In this document: positions 1-13,747 of the stretch, piece after piece
How the letters are laid out: each line of letters opens with the position of its first letter
Position numbering within the stretch: position 1 is the stretch's first letter
Origin: Mugilogobius chulae
Lineage: Eukaryota
NCBI GenBank assembly: GCA_046056395.1
Contig: CM100125.1
Span: 45,077,576 to 45,141,575 of the forward strand
DNA: 64,000 bases
Reading direction: 5' to 3'
Notes under the pieces: model-generated
Database searches by the model: none
What the model saw: only the letters and a program-made list of their open reading frames with translations
Told to the model about the DNA's origin: nothing
Translations under genes and position numbers: made by a program

Positions 1-1405
1 TCTGTCTCTATGTGTTAAAACTGCAACAAGTTGGTCTCTGTCCAGTGTGTTGCCCCGCCTAAGGCCCAAAGTTATAGGATATGGCTCCAGTCAGCCGAGG
101 TAGAAAATGAATGAAAAAAAGGCATGTTTTCTTGTGAAATAACTAAAATACATGCTTTTGCTCAGCTAAAAGTTATGGGGCTTTGATGGTTAAAACAGAT
201 AATTTTGATGATAATGAATCATCAAACCATCCTTTTCTTTCTCTTTCCAAGAATAGAAACCATGAAATTATATAAATAATTACTATACATTGAAACAGAC
301 TCTACTTAATACTACAGTGGACAGAAGACAAAAAAAAAACATTTTACAAAGTTAACCATTAATTACTGTTCTTGCAAAATCGAGGAGAATCCCAATTGGG
401 TAATGACATGCACCACTAAATATCTCCCATTTCTTAGCTATATTTAGCCTTAGAAGATTGGGGTATATACGTTTGCACGGCAACTTTGGAAATGAGTTTG
501 AATCCATCTCTTTTGTGTATAAACGTGGTCTCTCTTCTTGGCTCTAGCTGAGTCCTCTCTCCTCTTTGCTTCACCGCCTCCTCCCTGCTGCACCTAACCA
601 TCTGTTTTCTCTCATTCATCACTGTCTCACTGTGTTTTTCCTCGTCCTTTCTTGATCACTCCATTTGCTGCTGATGTGCCGATCCTTCTGCCGTCCACCA
701 TTAACAAAAAAGCGCTCAGAGCTATGCCAGATCAAGCCCACTTTCGCTTGTCCTCTGTCATATCTGTTTTACTATCGGTTGAGCCGCTGTTTGGCTGTGG
801 TTTGGTGTCAGTCATAACTCTTTTCATTTGGGCCTCTTGAAGCTTTTTAAATCAGGCACATCAAATGGAGCTGAATTGGCAGTGCGAATTTGTAGTTTCA
901 AAAGAGCTTATCAGAAACACACCAGCCATGGCAGGTTTAATTTCACATGGAAATACGCCACAGGGTTCATCTGCATAAAGCACACATAAGACTGATTCTG
1001 ATCGCCACAACTTTCCATTTACGTTCATTTTCGCATAATTTAGAAAGAACATTTTGGCTTGACCACAAATTAATTAAGGCTTCCACCATCTGGCTTCTTG
1101 TTTGAATTGCTAATTGAACATTTCATTTGTCGGCTTTGGCTTATCACCACTGTGGATCACAGGTTGTTTGGACCAATCCTAGCAACCACAATTAATCATA
1201 AAACTAAATAGGGTAAAACATGGATAATGGCCAGTCTGTTGCACTGGGACTGCCTTGCAATCGAAAACATTGTGTTTTATCTAATGTCTTAGTTTCAGTG
1301 ATCAACGTTTTAGCAAATTAACCACAGTTTTTAAAGAAAATGAGTTCAATTACAGTACTTACTAATACTGATACTGATACCACAACAGCATATGTTCTTT
1401 CATTG

Positions 1406-1805
1406 TACGGCTGGGCGATATTTATATCTCGATATATTTTTTCATCGCGATAAAGGATATATATCTCAATATAAAATCTAATTTTTTTAAGGCTATAGCC
1501 GAGGATTATAAGGCAGAAATGTAAATTTACCTTTAATAAGTTCATTTTAATGATGCCTTTCGCTGAGTGAAACTAAAATAACACAAAACTCAATGCACAA
1601 CACAAGTTTAGAATTTGACTAATATAACAAATACAAAGTTTATTGATCTTCTCATTGCATTTCGTCTATTTCTGTTTTTATCAGTTTTATAAGCTTTTTT
1701 TACTCAGAATTACTTACTTCGATGTTTATGATATGGCCAAATTCATATCTTGTCCACTAAATATCTCAATATACGATATATATATCGATATATCGCCCAG
1801 CCCTA
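1406..1805. mobile_element. hAT-type MITE (nonautonomous DNA transposon) with intact 8-bp target site duplication
   Basis: The terminal inverted repeats are tacGGCTGGGCGATAT... (left) and ...ATATCGCCCAGCCCta (right). They are flanked by perfect direct 8-mers TTTCATTG at 1398-1405 and 1806-1813. The interior is AT-rich with ATATCGATAT subterminal repeats. Confidence 0.75.
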
Positions 1806-3250
1806 TTTCATTGTGCAACACTTCAAGAAAAGTACAATTTTGTTCAGTTTGTGTGACTTTCTATAATATCAATATTTGCTCTAATGAGTATGTACAGAAG
1901 TTCAGGATTGCGCTCAGTAAGGACCATATAGGCCAAACTGGAGTGCTGAGATTTGTTAGGCGTATTTGATAAAATTATGTGCTGAAAAGACTGTCAGTGG
2001 TTACAAATAAAACCAAATTAAGCCTACCCCCAAAATTACATGTTAACCCTCATGGCAACCTTAGCTTGAATAATACAAACTCATATCTCTGTATTATTTT
2101 ATACAACCCCAATTAGTCTGAACTTTTCCAAGCTACAAAAAGTTGTAAAATGTAAAGTGAAAGTATGAGCTCAAAGCAGCTTTTAATTACAGACTTGAGC
2201 AAAAAGCTCCTCACTGACAATTAGAAATGTGGGACTCCTGTCAATTATTTTGGTAAACCATTATTGGACAATTTTTCTTTCAATTAATCAATTATTTGTT
2301 TAGAAAACAAAAGTTACTTAAATAGATTTTTGCAAATTTAAGCTGAGGTACCATCGATTGAGAACATTCTGGAAGCTTTAAAGGTTAACTAGTGTTTACA
2401 TTAAAAACTACTACAAACTAAACTAACTCTCCACAATCATTGTTCTATATCATCGCTGCGGTTTAACCAGAGTTTCTTCTCAGCCGATGGCATTTTGAAA
2501 CTATCAGTTAACGTTTAGTCTATTACAAAATAGGTTGACAATTATTTCGATAATCCATTAGCTACAAATAATCTTTTGTTGCAGGCCTACCTCCACAACC
2601 CTAAAACTACTCAGTTTAATGTTTTGCTGCGCTGTCCCTTCATGGGCAAAGTCAACAGCCGTATCTCACATTTGTAAACACTGGCTTATCATCCAAATTT
2701 GTCCATTGCTTTTTTGATCTGCATCAGCAAGGACAAAAAAACTACTTATGTTTAGGGTTCCATCAAACACTGCCTTCTACTCACCTTCTCCCTTAGTACC
2801 TCAACTGAACTCTTGACTTCCTGTTAATTTATCACAATCTCACAGCTCCTGAGCACCTCCATTATCATGAAGCCCTCTCTCCATCTGCACAAGTTTCATT
2901 AGACACTGGGTTTCCACTATTGCATTCACATAAGGAAGGTAAATGTGAAGTCATTGTTCAGTGCGATTCCCTGTAGCATTAGGTGTAAGCAGTGATGGGA
3001 AACATGCTTATCCGAATCAGATAAATAAAAAAGAAGGACGGTGTTCGCATATACAGTAATGTTGTAATTTGTTTTTGCATGCGGATATTATTTTATGTAC
3101 TACTCGGCTCTGTGCTGGAGATTTGTGGCTGTGTTTTGTTTTATGCTGGTACATTGTTTTCCCCATAGACTGCGCTGAGAAGCCTGACTAATAAGATACT
3201 CCACAAAAACAGATTCAGGCTGGGCTCTGCTGTTCCATTTTCTAGGACTC

Positions 3251-3293
3251 CCCTTCTCTCTCTTTCCCTACCCCACTCTCTCTATCCTCTCCC

Positions 3294-3325
<32 letters not shown>
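3251..3325. repeat. CT-rich tract ending in (CT)n microsatellite (3297-3325)
   Basis: ctctctctctctctctctctctctc read directly. Confidence 0.95.
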
Positions 3326-3328
<3 letters not shown>

Positions 3329-6300
3329 GCAGCTCTCACTTACAGTGTACTGTGCTGTTTATGTCTACTGTTCTTGGTTCATCTGATTTCACCAGCTCTA
3401 TGCCCGAACCGCGCTGCAGTCTCAATATAATTCCTATGAGAACTCAGACCAATTATTTTTTTGGGATGGTGTTGCAACTGAGTGTTACCTATGGTTTGAA
3501 AGTTTGGAGAAGTAACTGAGAAAGAAGGAGTGCAAATCTGTTCAAATACTTCTAGCTTTCACATGTCACAAATGTTTTGGCGCACAGTTAATGTCATCGC
3601 AATGCATTACTTTTTGGTTGCTATTACAGCTCAAGTGCTTTTTTCTTTTTACATTCGGAGCACTGCTTTTGATTATCACTGAAGAATAAATATGAATCAA
3701 TTCAGACAGTATACAGTGGTTTGATTTTGTCACAAAGTCAGTCAAAGCAACTATTAGTATATTAAAAGAGCAATTAATATGACTATTGGAGAAATATTAG
3801 ATTTTTTTTCTCTCATCAATGGCATTACAAAACTAAATGCAGTATTATTGTGCAGTTAGTTAGTCACTTAGTTAAAGCACTTCTGACTGCACTAAGCACA
3901 GAGAAGGGCATAGGTAACCAGAACTTTTTGAAGACCAATTGTGATTTACTGTAGTCTCTTCGATATGGATGCTGCAACACTTAGAACATTAAGTAAACGT
4001 ATCTCAAATAGCAGCACCTGTTACTTGTCAACAACTGAAAGTGGTTAAACTTCACATGTAGAAAACACAAAAAATAAAGGGAAAGAACATTTGGCAAAGA
4101 TAATCTATCTATGCCAAAAACCTATTTCTAAAAAAGTGGAAAAAGACTAAAAAAGACAACACTTTAACTATCATGTGTTGATGTTCTGAAAAACCCTAAA
4201 CTGTTCATCTTTTGAGCAATGCAAATTAAACCAAATTATGATTGTGCCTGGAAGCAGTCAGAGGTAAATGAGGAAAATGGTGCTTTGCAAATCAATTAGT
4301 TGAATTACAGAGAGACAATGACATCGTTTTGATCTGAATGTAACAGAGAGAAACATGAACAAACTTTTGATTTATGCTGTTCTATCACCACAGATCCTTT
4401 TCTCACTGTGATGTCTATTCTGAGACAGGCAGGGTACTTGTTTTAGCAAATCTCTATAGCTGCCACATGTTAACACCTCTGCTTTCAGCCATGACTTTTT
4501 CACAGCTCTTCTTCAAGAAGTTTTCACTTTTCACCGTTTCTGTTAGCAAAATTTTGCAAATCCTCATCTCCCCTAAGCCATGGTTTAGGAATAACCGTCT
4601 TACAAACACTAACAACGTATTGTTATTTCACCAAATATAAATTAACATGGCAAAATTGTATGGAGGGATTTTTTTGTTTATCAATATGGGCAATGCGCCA
4701 CCCTGGCAACTGCTGATTGCCAGGAGACAGAACTGTTTCCGACTCAAGAGTTTGTCACTGGTGGGAAACGTTCTTCGCAACAACAGTGATGAAATCGGAC
4801 AACTCAGAAACAAGGTGACGTGAAACTACGAAAAAACCTTCTATTAAAGAATTGTGACCAAACTGGAAATGCCAGTGTAAATGTCCGCTAGGGCTTTTCT
4901 CATAAAAGGAGGACAAAGATTTGGAAAGTTATGCTGACTGTGGCTAAGCTTTTTGCACACTGTTATGGAAGTAAAGTATGTGGACTATTTCGAAATGCCA
5001 AGGGCACAAGGTTTTTCAGGCATTTTGTAATTCAAACTTCTGTTGCCTCAAACATTATAGGCAAAATTAAATCTTAATACAACACTTAAAACACCCTGCA
5101 CACCGGAGGATTTCAAAATTTTAAAAATGTATTTTGCAAGGACATGTGATTATTTAACAGTCACAAAGTTGTCACAGAGTGACTACTTTGGCCCCCAGTT
5201 GTCAACTCTGTTTCTTTGCTTTGCAGACCTAAAATCATGAAATGTGCAGAAGGCTTGAGCACTGAAATTGCTACAGCATCAAACCTCTTCAGATTCACAG
5301 TCACCTTCACTCTTTGCTTAAAAGTACAGTGTGTAGCGCTCTGTTGTGCTGCTGATTGTGGTCCAGGGAGTATTTTCAGTCTGTTCGGAATGAGCCCAGC
5401 AGCTAGAAACAAAGGCCAGCTCCAACCAGGGCTGTGTGCAGCCTGATGCCATTGGGGCCACTGGTTACCAACTTCTCTGGCACCAGACCTAGACATCTGC
5501 TGTGTTATGTTCACTGCCTCAGAGAGTTAGAGAAGAGGCCTCATGTCCCAGTGCCCCACGCCAGCACCAAACCACTGTCCGCCTCAACGGCTCCAGGATA
5601 CATGCCAGCTGACTCCAGGCGGCAGTTTGTGCAAAGTTATTTGATACAACAAAAAGAATGAAAAAACACAAACAAGAATTTGATTGTATTGATTGGATCA
5701 AATTCACTATTATGTTGGAGCAAAAACTACAGTATCCATTCACAAATATAAGTTCACCACATCTTTTGGCTGAATTTGACAAACTTAAAGTTAAAATTTA
5801 CACTTTAGCAGAACCACTATCAATGGCAGGCATCAAGGCCATCACCAAAAGCAAATAATTGTTCAGCTGACATTAAAGTAATTTCAGACTCAACAGAAGG
5901 CAATTACACAAATGCCACACAGATGATTCAGGTGCTGCGTGTGCAGAACAAAAAGGGCAACATCTCATGAAATACCAGAGGCTTAATTTCATGTGGTACT
6001 GTTAATCTAAAGAGCAACTGTAATTTGTTTCAATATTTACATGTAAAATTACAAATCTCTGACAAGTATGCAGGCTAGCTTACATTGTCAGGTGTGATCC
6101 AACATAGATGACAAAGATGCTGCTGTATTCAAGCAAATTCAGAAACAAGAGTTGAATCAGCATCTGTGTTAAAGAGACAATTCACTCAGACCAACCAAAA
6201 ATATCATAGCATCATATTTTTCTCTATTTGAAGGGCTTAAGCACAATGTTTCAGCGTACAAGTGCAGGTCTGTGTGCTTCTGTTTAAAATGAGAAATAAC

Positions 6301-9000
6301 ACTTGGTTTTTGGGTCAATGGATTTTACCTGATGAAAATCAAGTACATTGTTGTCATAGCAATGAACACATTATAGTTTTTAAATGCTTAAAATGTCACC
6401 TACAAAAGAAAAACCTGCACAGCCATCCTGCAATCTTCCCAAATTGAATATGCTTGCCTTATTAAAATCTAGTTTGTTTTGTGTCTTTTAATTAAGCATC
6501 AATCATAACCTTCCCTTTCTTTCTCTCCCATTAAAAACTTGAGTTTTCAAATCCTCATAAAAGGACGATCAGTCTCCTCCTGTTCAAACCTACATCACTG
6601 CATCAGTGTATTTGAGTCCGCTCTAAAACAGCAGGCAGCTGAGGCTCATTAAGTGGGAGTAATAATGCATTTATTATCTTATATCTGGTACAAACACTTT
6701 TGCCATTAGTTATGAAAACATTTACTGGTGTGTTATTGTCTGAGAGAAGAGATTTGAAATTGATGAAGGAAACATTACGGTGATGCCAGACAAGAGAGTT
6801 TAGAGAGGAGTGAAATGATAAAAGATACTATTTCACAATGGGATTTGTTCCCACTTTAGAACAGCAAAAATAGAAATCTTTTATAACAGTATGATGCTAA
6901 TTACAAACTATAGGAGCTGATATAAAGGAATAGGCATTTGATATTGAAAGTTCTTGACAATATTCTTATTGATGATATTGAACAAAAAAAAAAAAACATT
7001 GGGCGTCAGTGTGATGAGAGTCTAGTCTCTGTGTGCACGTGCCGATCTAACTTTGTCCTCAAAGAATCACATTTGCAACTCTAAATAAGACTACAGATTA
7101 AAATTTGAAATAATCAATAGCACAACAACACTACAGCCCAATGTTATTGAATTTCAGGTGGACAGCAACTGGCCTGTAACTGCCATAATTAGAATGTAAT
7201 TCACTAAAAAATGTTTGCATATTTGCATCATAATGCCAAAGCAGAACTGAGAAAGCAGTACCCCCCCCCCCCCTCTCAAAAACTGCTTTATTGAAATAAA
7301 GCAAAAATACACAATAAAACATTTTAAACTTCCAAAAATAAAACTAAAACAAACATGGTCCGGTTGGTGTAAAGAACTTGCAAGGACTGGTTTTCCACCA
7401 AGAAGGAGCAGAGAGAGCTGACGCATGCTACAAATCAGATCACAGAAACTTAAAAGACATTTAACAAGGTGAAAATATTATTTAGTTCTCCTTTAAAATG
7501 CAAATATCACTATCTGTAAATATTGAATAAGGATCCAGGTCGGTATAAAAAATTCACTTTGATAAACCCTAATATAATACACAATTGTGCATTATATTGT
7601 AATGTGTTTTTTAGATTTTATTAGTTTGTTTTTACGAAGGCCATTGAACTGAACTTTTGGAGAAAAAAATTCAGAGCACAATTTTACAAAACGTAAATAA
7701 TAATATTTGATTGCAGAGAACATTGCACAATTATAGTCTTTGTAATTTGGTTAAAAACACAATTTTGCCTCAGCCAGGATCTTATGATCTTTGGCCTCTC
7801 AGAGTATATTCTATTAGTGCATCGTCAAGTTTGGGTAATGTAAGCACTGCTGCTGGCACAAGTTTTAAGCAAGTTGCCCAGTTTTGTGTTTGGCATCCCA
7901 TGTAACAGAGAGCACACAGATCACACAGTAATAAGTGAAATAGCCTGTAGTGAAACTTTAGCTGCTGATGCTAAAACTCAGCCAGGAAGTCATTATGTTC
8001 CAAAGACAATAAACAGCAGACGCCTGATGAGGCAGAAGTTGTGTATATCACAATAAGACTCTGACAGCTTAAAGCAGATCCGAGCAGGCTTAGATCCATT
8101 GTTGATTAAACCAACAACACTGTAGTCCATATCAAACTGTGACAGATTACATTTACTCTTGTTTACGTGACATAGAGAAGGCAAACAACGCAGAATGTTT
8201 TACTAGCAGCATTCAAGGTTGAACTTATGACAGGCTACACATTACTGAGCAGTACATCACTACAACAGTGCCTCAGTCTGACTCAGTCCTTACACATGAC
8301 TGCATTGAAAATTGTTTCAATACAATGCTATCCCAGAATGCACCACTCTGTTCTTGGCCCTGGAAGCAAATCACATGAAGACATGACCTAGATGCTGGAT
8401 AAGAAACAAGCGTATAGCTGTGAGCAAAAGGAGACCCCAGAGTTCATATATCTGATAAGATGTGAAAAGATATGTGTGTCTGTGTGTGAGGTGTGACTTC
8501 AAAAGTGATATAGATTCAACACAGCTACTATTATGTAACCACAGCCCAGCCTGTCAAACTAAATCAACCAATAATAGATCAAATGATGGAAATAATGCGG
8601 ATATGATAATATAAGTACACTGTAAATCCAAATTACTTGTCAGTTTTGCAAACAAGATTGGGTTTGGAATATTCAGAACTATACAGTATGACATATCTTT
8701 GCTCAGTGGTTCACCATATTCACCTAACACCTTCAGACTGCATGTTATAATTCTTATATTAATTTCCTGATACTACTTCAATAATAAGTTTATATAAAGT
8801 GTATGTTTTTAAGAATTAAATGTTCAATTTGTAGTTAGAGGGTATTTTGCAGTGTGGTATATTGTATACAGATTTTAACAGACTAATTTCAGAATCTTTT
8901 AAGACAATTAGAGTGAATCTTTGCGGCTGCTTTCACATCTGGTCAAGCTGCTCCTGATTCCAGTTACAATGCTGTTGTGAATACTAAATGAGTGTTTTCT

Positions 9001-9047
9001 TTTTATCTCTCTCTTTCACCTCTCTTTATCTCTGTCTTTTGCACTCG

Positions 9048-9076
<29 letters not shown>
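9001..9076. repeat. CT-rich low-complexity tract with (CT)n
   Basis: tctctctttcacctctctttatctctg...ctctctctctctctctc. It produces track ORF 8992-9174. Confidence 0.9.
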
Positions 9077-9078
<2 letters not shown>

Positions 9079-12000
9079 TTGCATCAGCCCTGTAAAACAA
9101 GAAAGCCTCTTTTGATTGATTTAAGATTAAAAAAATCCTTGAACCATGCATTAATAAAACTTGAGCCTAGATGAAAAAACGTTGGCAAAACAAGCCAGCC
9201 TTTACCTTAGATCAGGAGGTGTGTATTACTGAGATTAGATAAATGGTGGCCTCTATGGAGAACTGCATGTAAGTAATCTCATAATGGACAAAGCGGGTGT
9301 CATTAATAATGTGTTAGTGATGGGGCAGCCAGGTGTCCACACTTTTACATGGTCTCTTCTGCTCAGTCCAGCGCTGGCCTTCAGCTGCCCGCCTCCGGCA
9401 CAGGCTGTATCGTTTACTGCCAATATGTGGAGCTGCCGGTGGGAAAAGGCCACGCAGTGACACAAGTGACAGATTCTACGGCTTAGATTAAAGTGATCAG
9501 AGCATGAGCCTCAAGAGAAGTGATGAAGAGGAGGTGTCACTGGCAGAGGGCAGTCCCGGGACAGCACTGGGATCCACTGTGGATCAGATTAAATACAATG
9601 AAATCTCTGCAATAAGGTCACTCATGAAAGTCACTGAGATTATAGAATCAATCAGGTCAGCACATGATCACTGCATTATTCTGGTGGTTAACCACAACAA
9701 ATGACTTAAGCCACAGACTACAGAGGTTTTAATCTATAAATTGAATAAATAGTGCTGAGCAGGTAATGTTGTTTTTCCACAACATTTTATGGAAATTTAA
9801 TTAATGTGAGGAGAACAATGTAATTATTCATTTATACACAAAAAAAAATTTAAAAGATGTAATGTCTCTATCCAGTTTTCTGGTCTGAACACTCTTTTTG
9901 TCACATCTCAAGCTAAACTCAAACAGAAACGTAAAATCCGTTTTTAGAAATCTCTATTTAGAACTAAACTAAATTTCACTGCATTTACAGTTTCAGGTTT
10001 GTGATTTGATCAGTAATTATACATTTTAAAAACAATTGTGCCTTATGAAATATTGCCTCTACATCTTGGGTGAGCAGCCACTTTTGTTTTAATAAGGACA
10101 AACAATGCATGATCCAGATAATCCACCATCAATCCCACCGATCTAAAACCAGCACAAACTGATACTGACATCTGTATAATGATGTAAAAATGAAATAATA
10201 ATGATGTAATAATGAAATAGTATCAGGCAAACAGATTCTCCATCCAAAGCATGTTAGATCTAATGCAGAGACTGAAATTTAATTCATGCAGAAAAGTGAA
10301 TCACAAACTTAAAAATAGAAAAATAATAATCTGATTTGGTTTAGAGTTCTTCCATAAAACATGAGGATTTGCAGAGAGCGATACCACAACATGAAGGACA
10401 GGCAGCGGTGTGGCTTTACAAACACAAGTCCAGATCAATGTAAAATGAGCCCTTTCTCCTGGGAGCTGTTTTGAACAAACACAGAGCCAAGTGTTTAAAG
10501 ATGAGACTGTGTTGTCCATCTTCAACAAAGGAGACCCACAGAGGCAGCTACAGCCCTGCTTTAACTGACCCCTGTCCAGTCAGGTCAAATCCTTTCATGT
10601 CCACTCAATAGTGCGACGCCTTGCAATTACCCGTAGGTTATTGTGATGAATAGTATTGAACATGTTAAGTGTATTCATAGCCCAGCGACGCAAAGCCAAA
10701 ACAACAGCGATTTGAGACCTTGCTTATAAGATCCCCACTGAAACTCATTACAGCAGACGCACAAGACCAAGCCTTTGTCACGACACCACCATCCACTTAA
10801 ACTTTGACCGAGGAAAGTGGGAACAAATGCCCAGAGGCAAATAGAGGAGAAACATCATTGTGTGTGGAAAATCAACAATGCAAGTTGACCTACATGTGTC
10901 ACTATGTAGCTTCTGGATGTTATGTTGCGTTAAGGCCACTAATATTCATTACAGAACAACAGCTAAGATAAATATTGTTTGTTGGAGTTTATTCTTGTAG
11001 ATATTTTACAGAAAAAGACAACATCAATACTAAGAAAAATTGGCTGTTGCGCATCATATGGCCATCATCACTTTCTAGAACATGAATGCAATCTACTAAA
11101 ACTGGTATTTTCAAAAAGCCGCAAGTCTCAAAACAAACATGGAATTAGCGTGGGTTCAGCTAGAAACCTTTTGAATAGCATCGATGAGAAAACTTTAAAA
11201 CCAGGCTGAGATCAATGTGCTATTGTGTGACGCTTGTATATGGCGTACATAAAGATCCAGAACAGATTTGATGCTCTGCTGAACGCCTTCCCGCACTCTC
11301 TGCTCCCAGCGTGAAGTCTCCACCATAACTGCCACGCACAATGAGGCTGTATCTAAGTGAGCGTGAATGTATCGAGGCTGTGGTGTCAGACATCTTCAAC
11401 CACGCTTCCTTTACAAGACAAGACCTCGGCTGAACCACTTCAACACAAGACAAAGGATGCGTTTATGTCTATGCTTAGAATCAGCTCTGCTCATTTCTAC
11501 AGGCGACGAACCAGGGCCAATGGTGAACTCAAGGTTATCGGAGTGAGGTGTCGCATAGAGAAGCAGAGAGCTCCTGTTACCACGGCAGCGTCTGTGTCAG
11601 CTGCAGGGCCGACTTTTGCTTTGTGTCTATAATGAGTTTTACTTTTCCAACATGTACAGCTTTGACCTCAACATTTAAATGTATGAAATTAAACATTTAA
11701 GTTTAGTTAAGCGTGTGTCCTGTTAGAAAAATGTTTCAATGAAATACCTGAGGTGTGTAGTCATGATAGTAAATGTATGTAATATTGTACAAGCAACACA
11801 AAACGACTGACTTCCAATTCAGTTTAAATGCACTTTAATCAGTTTTGAAACTTTTCTAATTAATCTCAAGCATTCAAATTATTTACCACAGTAAGTTTTG
11901 TTGTCACGGTTATGATAACAACACTTCGCTTACAAATAGTGATGTATCGATCCAGTTTTTTTCTGTTCTGATACCAATTCCAATACTTTGGCTTTAAGTA

Positions 12001-13650
12001 TTTGCTGATACCGGATTTCGACCGATACTAGTGCAAGGACTGAAATACCTTATTTTTCAAACCAAACCAAAGATAAAATGTGAGAAAATTATGAAATGTT
12101 CTGGATCAACATCAGCGAGTAACTTAGTCTCAATATGTCCAGTGGTATCGGCTGAACGAATATCATGGAGCCGATACCCGATCCAGCACCGATATCCAGA
12201 TCAATGCATCCCTACAAACATGGTTGTACCAGCTTATCAAAGCCTGATCACTGATCTGAGAAGCTCAGTGAGTTGGATCTGCTGGAAGAGGAGATTTCTG
12301 GAACCCCAGTTGTGTCGTTAGGCAAGACACCTCACCTCACAAAAATTAGCCAATAATGATCTGGCTTGTGAGTGAATGCTTGGCACTCAAGAGTGAAATT
12401 AATGAAAATGTGAGACGTTGAATGTCATGAAAAGAGCTGAATAAAAAATTCAATTATTTTCTTTCACTTGTTTTCGTTAAGGGTCACTGGTGCCTTAGGC
12501 AGAGGAACACCCTGGACAGTGGTCAACTCGTAGCAGGGCTAACACATAGAACAAACACATTCTCATTATTTAGTAGGGGAATTTACATAGATGCCAGAAA
12601 CATTTCAACTCCACTCAGAGAGACTGTGAAATGTTGATTTGATTCAACCAGAGATTCGAACCTGTGAGCTTTTTATTGGGAAGCCAGCTAACCACTTTGC
12701 TCCCATGTTATAATAGAAAGTGTTAAAATTATAATAGCAGTGTCAAGGTACTTCTGGTTCATCATGACAAAAATGACTTGATAATTACATGAGACAGCAC
12801 ACAGCAATCTTATTTTGCCCTTGATAGCTGTTTTTACAATACACAGTATCTGCATTGGGGGGAAATAATGTCATTATCTTTTAAAGAGTCAAGTAATCTG
12901 TATTATTTATTCCATGTTTTGCATTTTCACACCTGCTATATGTGCTAGCCATGGATCTTGGTACATTTTGTTCACGCCAACCTATACACTTGCATTCTTG
13001 TGCCAATGAAAACCTCTCTGCTGTCACCCACACATAGCTCGAGCTCAGAGGTTGTGTAAGGAGACAGGAAGTGCCTCATCAATAATGGACGTGTGGTTGT
13101 GTGTGTGGTTCATGCACTCGGGCCACCTTGTAACTAATAACCTGCAGATACAAACTCAGCTATTACAGCCAGACAGGAGAATACAACAGGCAGCAGCAGA
13201 AATAAACATCATCTATCTACTGTTTAGCGTCAACACACAAAATAACGCTGGTGGGTCGAGACAATTTGCCGATGGAAATTTTCAATTTGCAACAAAACCA
13301 TTGTATGAATGCGCCCTCACACCATGCACGCTGCACTGCATAGGGACACAGCAAAACAGAGGTACAAGATTTATAATCTAATAGCAAATTTATTGTTTGC
13401 CATTGTACCATGCCAATACCATCTATGTAAACCTATAAAAGCCTCTCAAATATGTTGTTTTTCATTTTATGTAAAATAAGCCACCTTGTGTTCACTTATG
13501 GAGAAGAGGAGAGAGATGTAATGGGCAATGACTTTTTACACAATTAGACCCTAAATGCTGTCATCATCTAATATTAAACATTTTTGGTTGGATTTATGGA
13601 CAAAAAGTCTATTTTAAATTTTGAAATATACCGGTAGGCAAGTTATTTGG

Positions 13651-13747
13651 TCAAGCTTACCAAAGATATTTGTGGAATGTCCTTTCTTTGCGATAGGTTT
13701 GAGTTCGTTGTGACCCCAGCCGTACTGTCTGTAGCTGTCCCAGGCAT
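13651..13747 (-). CDS. man1a2: man1a2 exon 3 (start of the GH47 catalytic domain)
   Basis: Strong acceptor ttgtttttgttttgcag|ATGATGAAA and donor ATCTTTG|GTAAGC. It encodes [33 protein letters not shown], the conserved glycosyl hydrolase family 47 entry motif (human MAN1A2 [33 protein letters not shown]). Confidence 0.85.

Noticed and set aside
5161-5860. Cluster of overlapping ORFs on both strands in a moderately GC-rich stretch
   Set aside because: No frame has protein-like composition or splice-site support, so I treated it as compositional.
11220-11640. GC-richer block with ORFs on both strands (11220-11453 minus, 11357-11632 plus)
   Set aside because: I translated all frames looking for the next man1a2 exon (SSQMGATIVDALDTL...) and found no match. 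It has no recognisable protein signature and may be a repeat or CNE, but it is unsupported.
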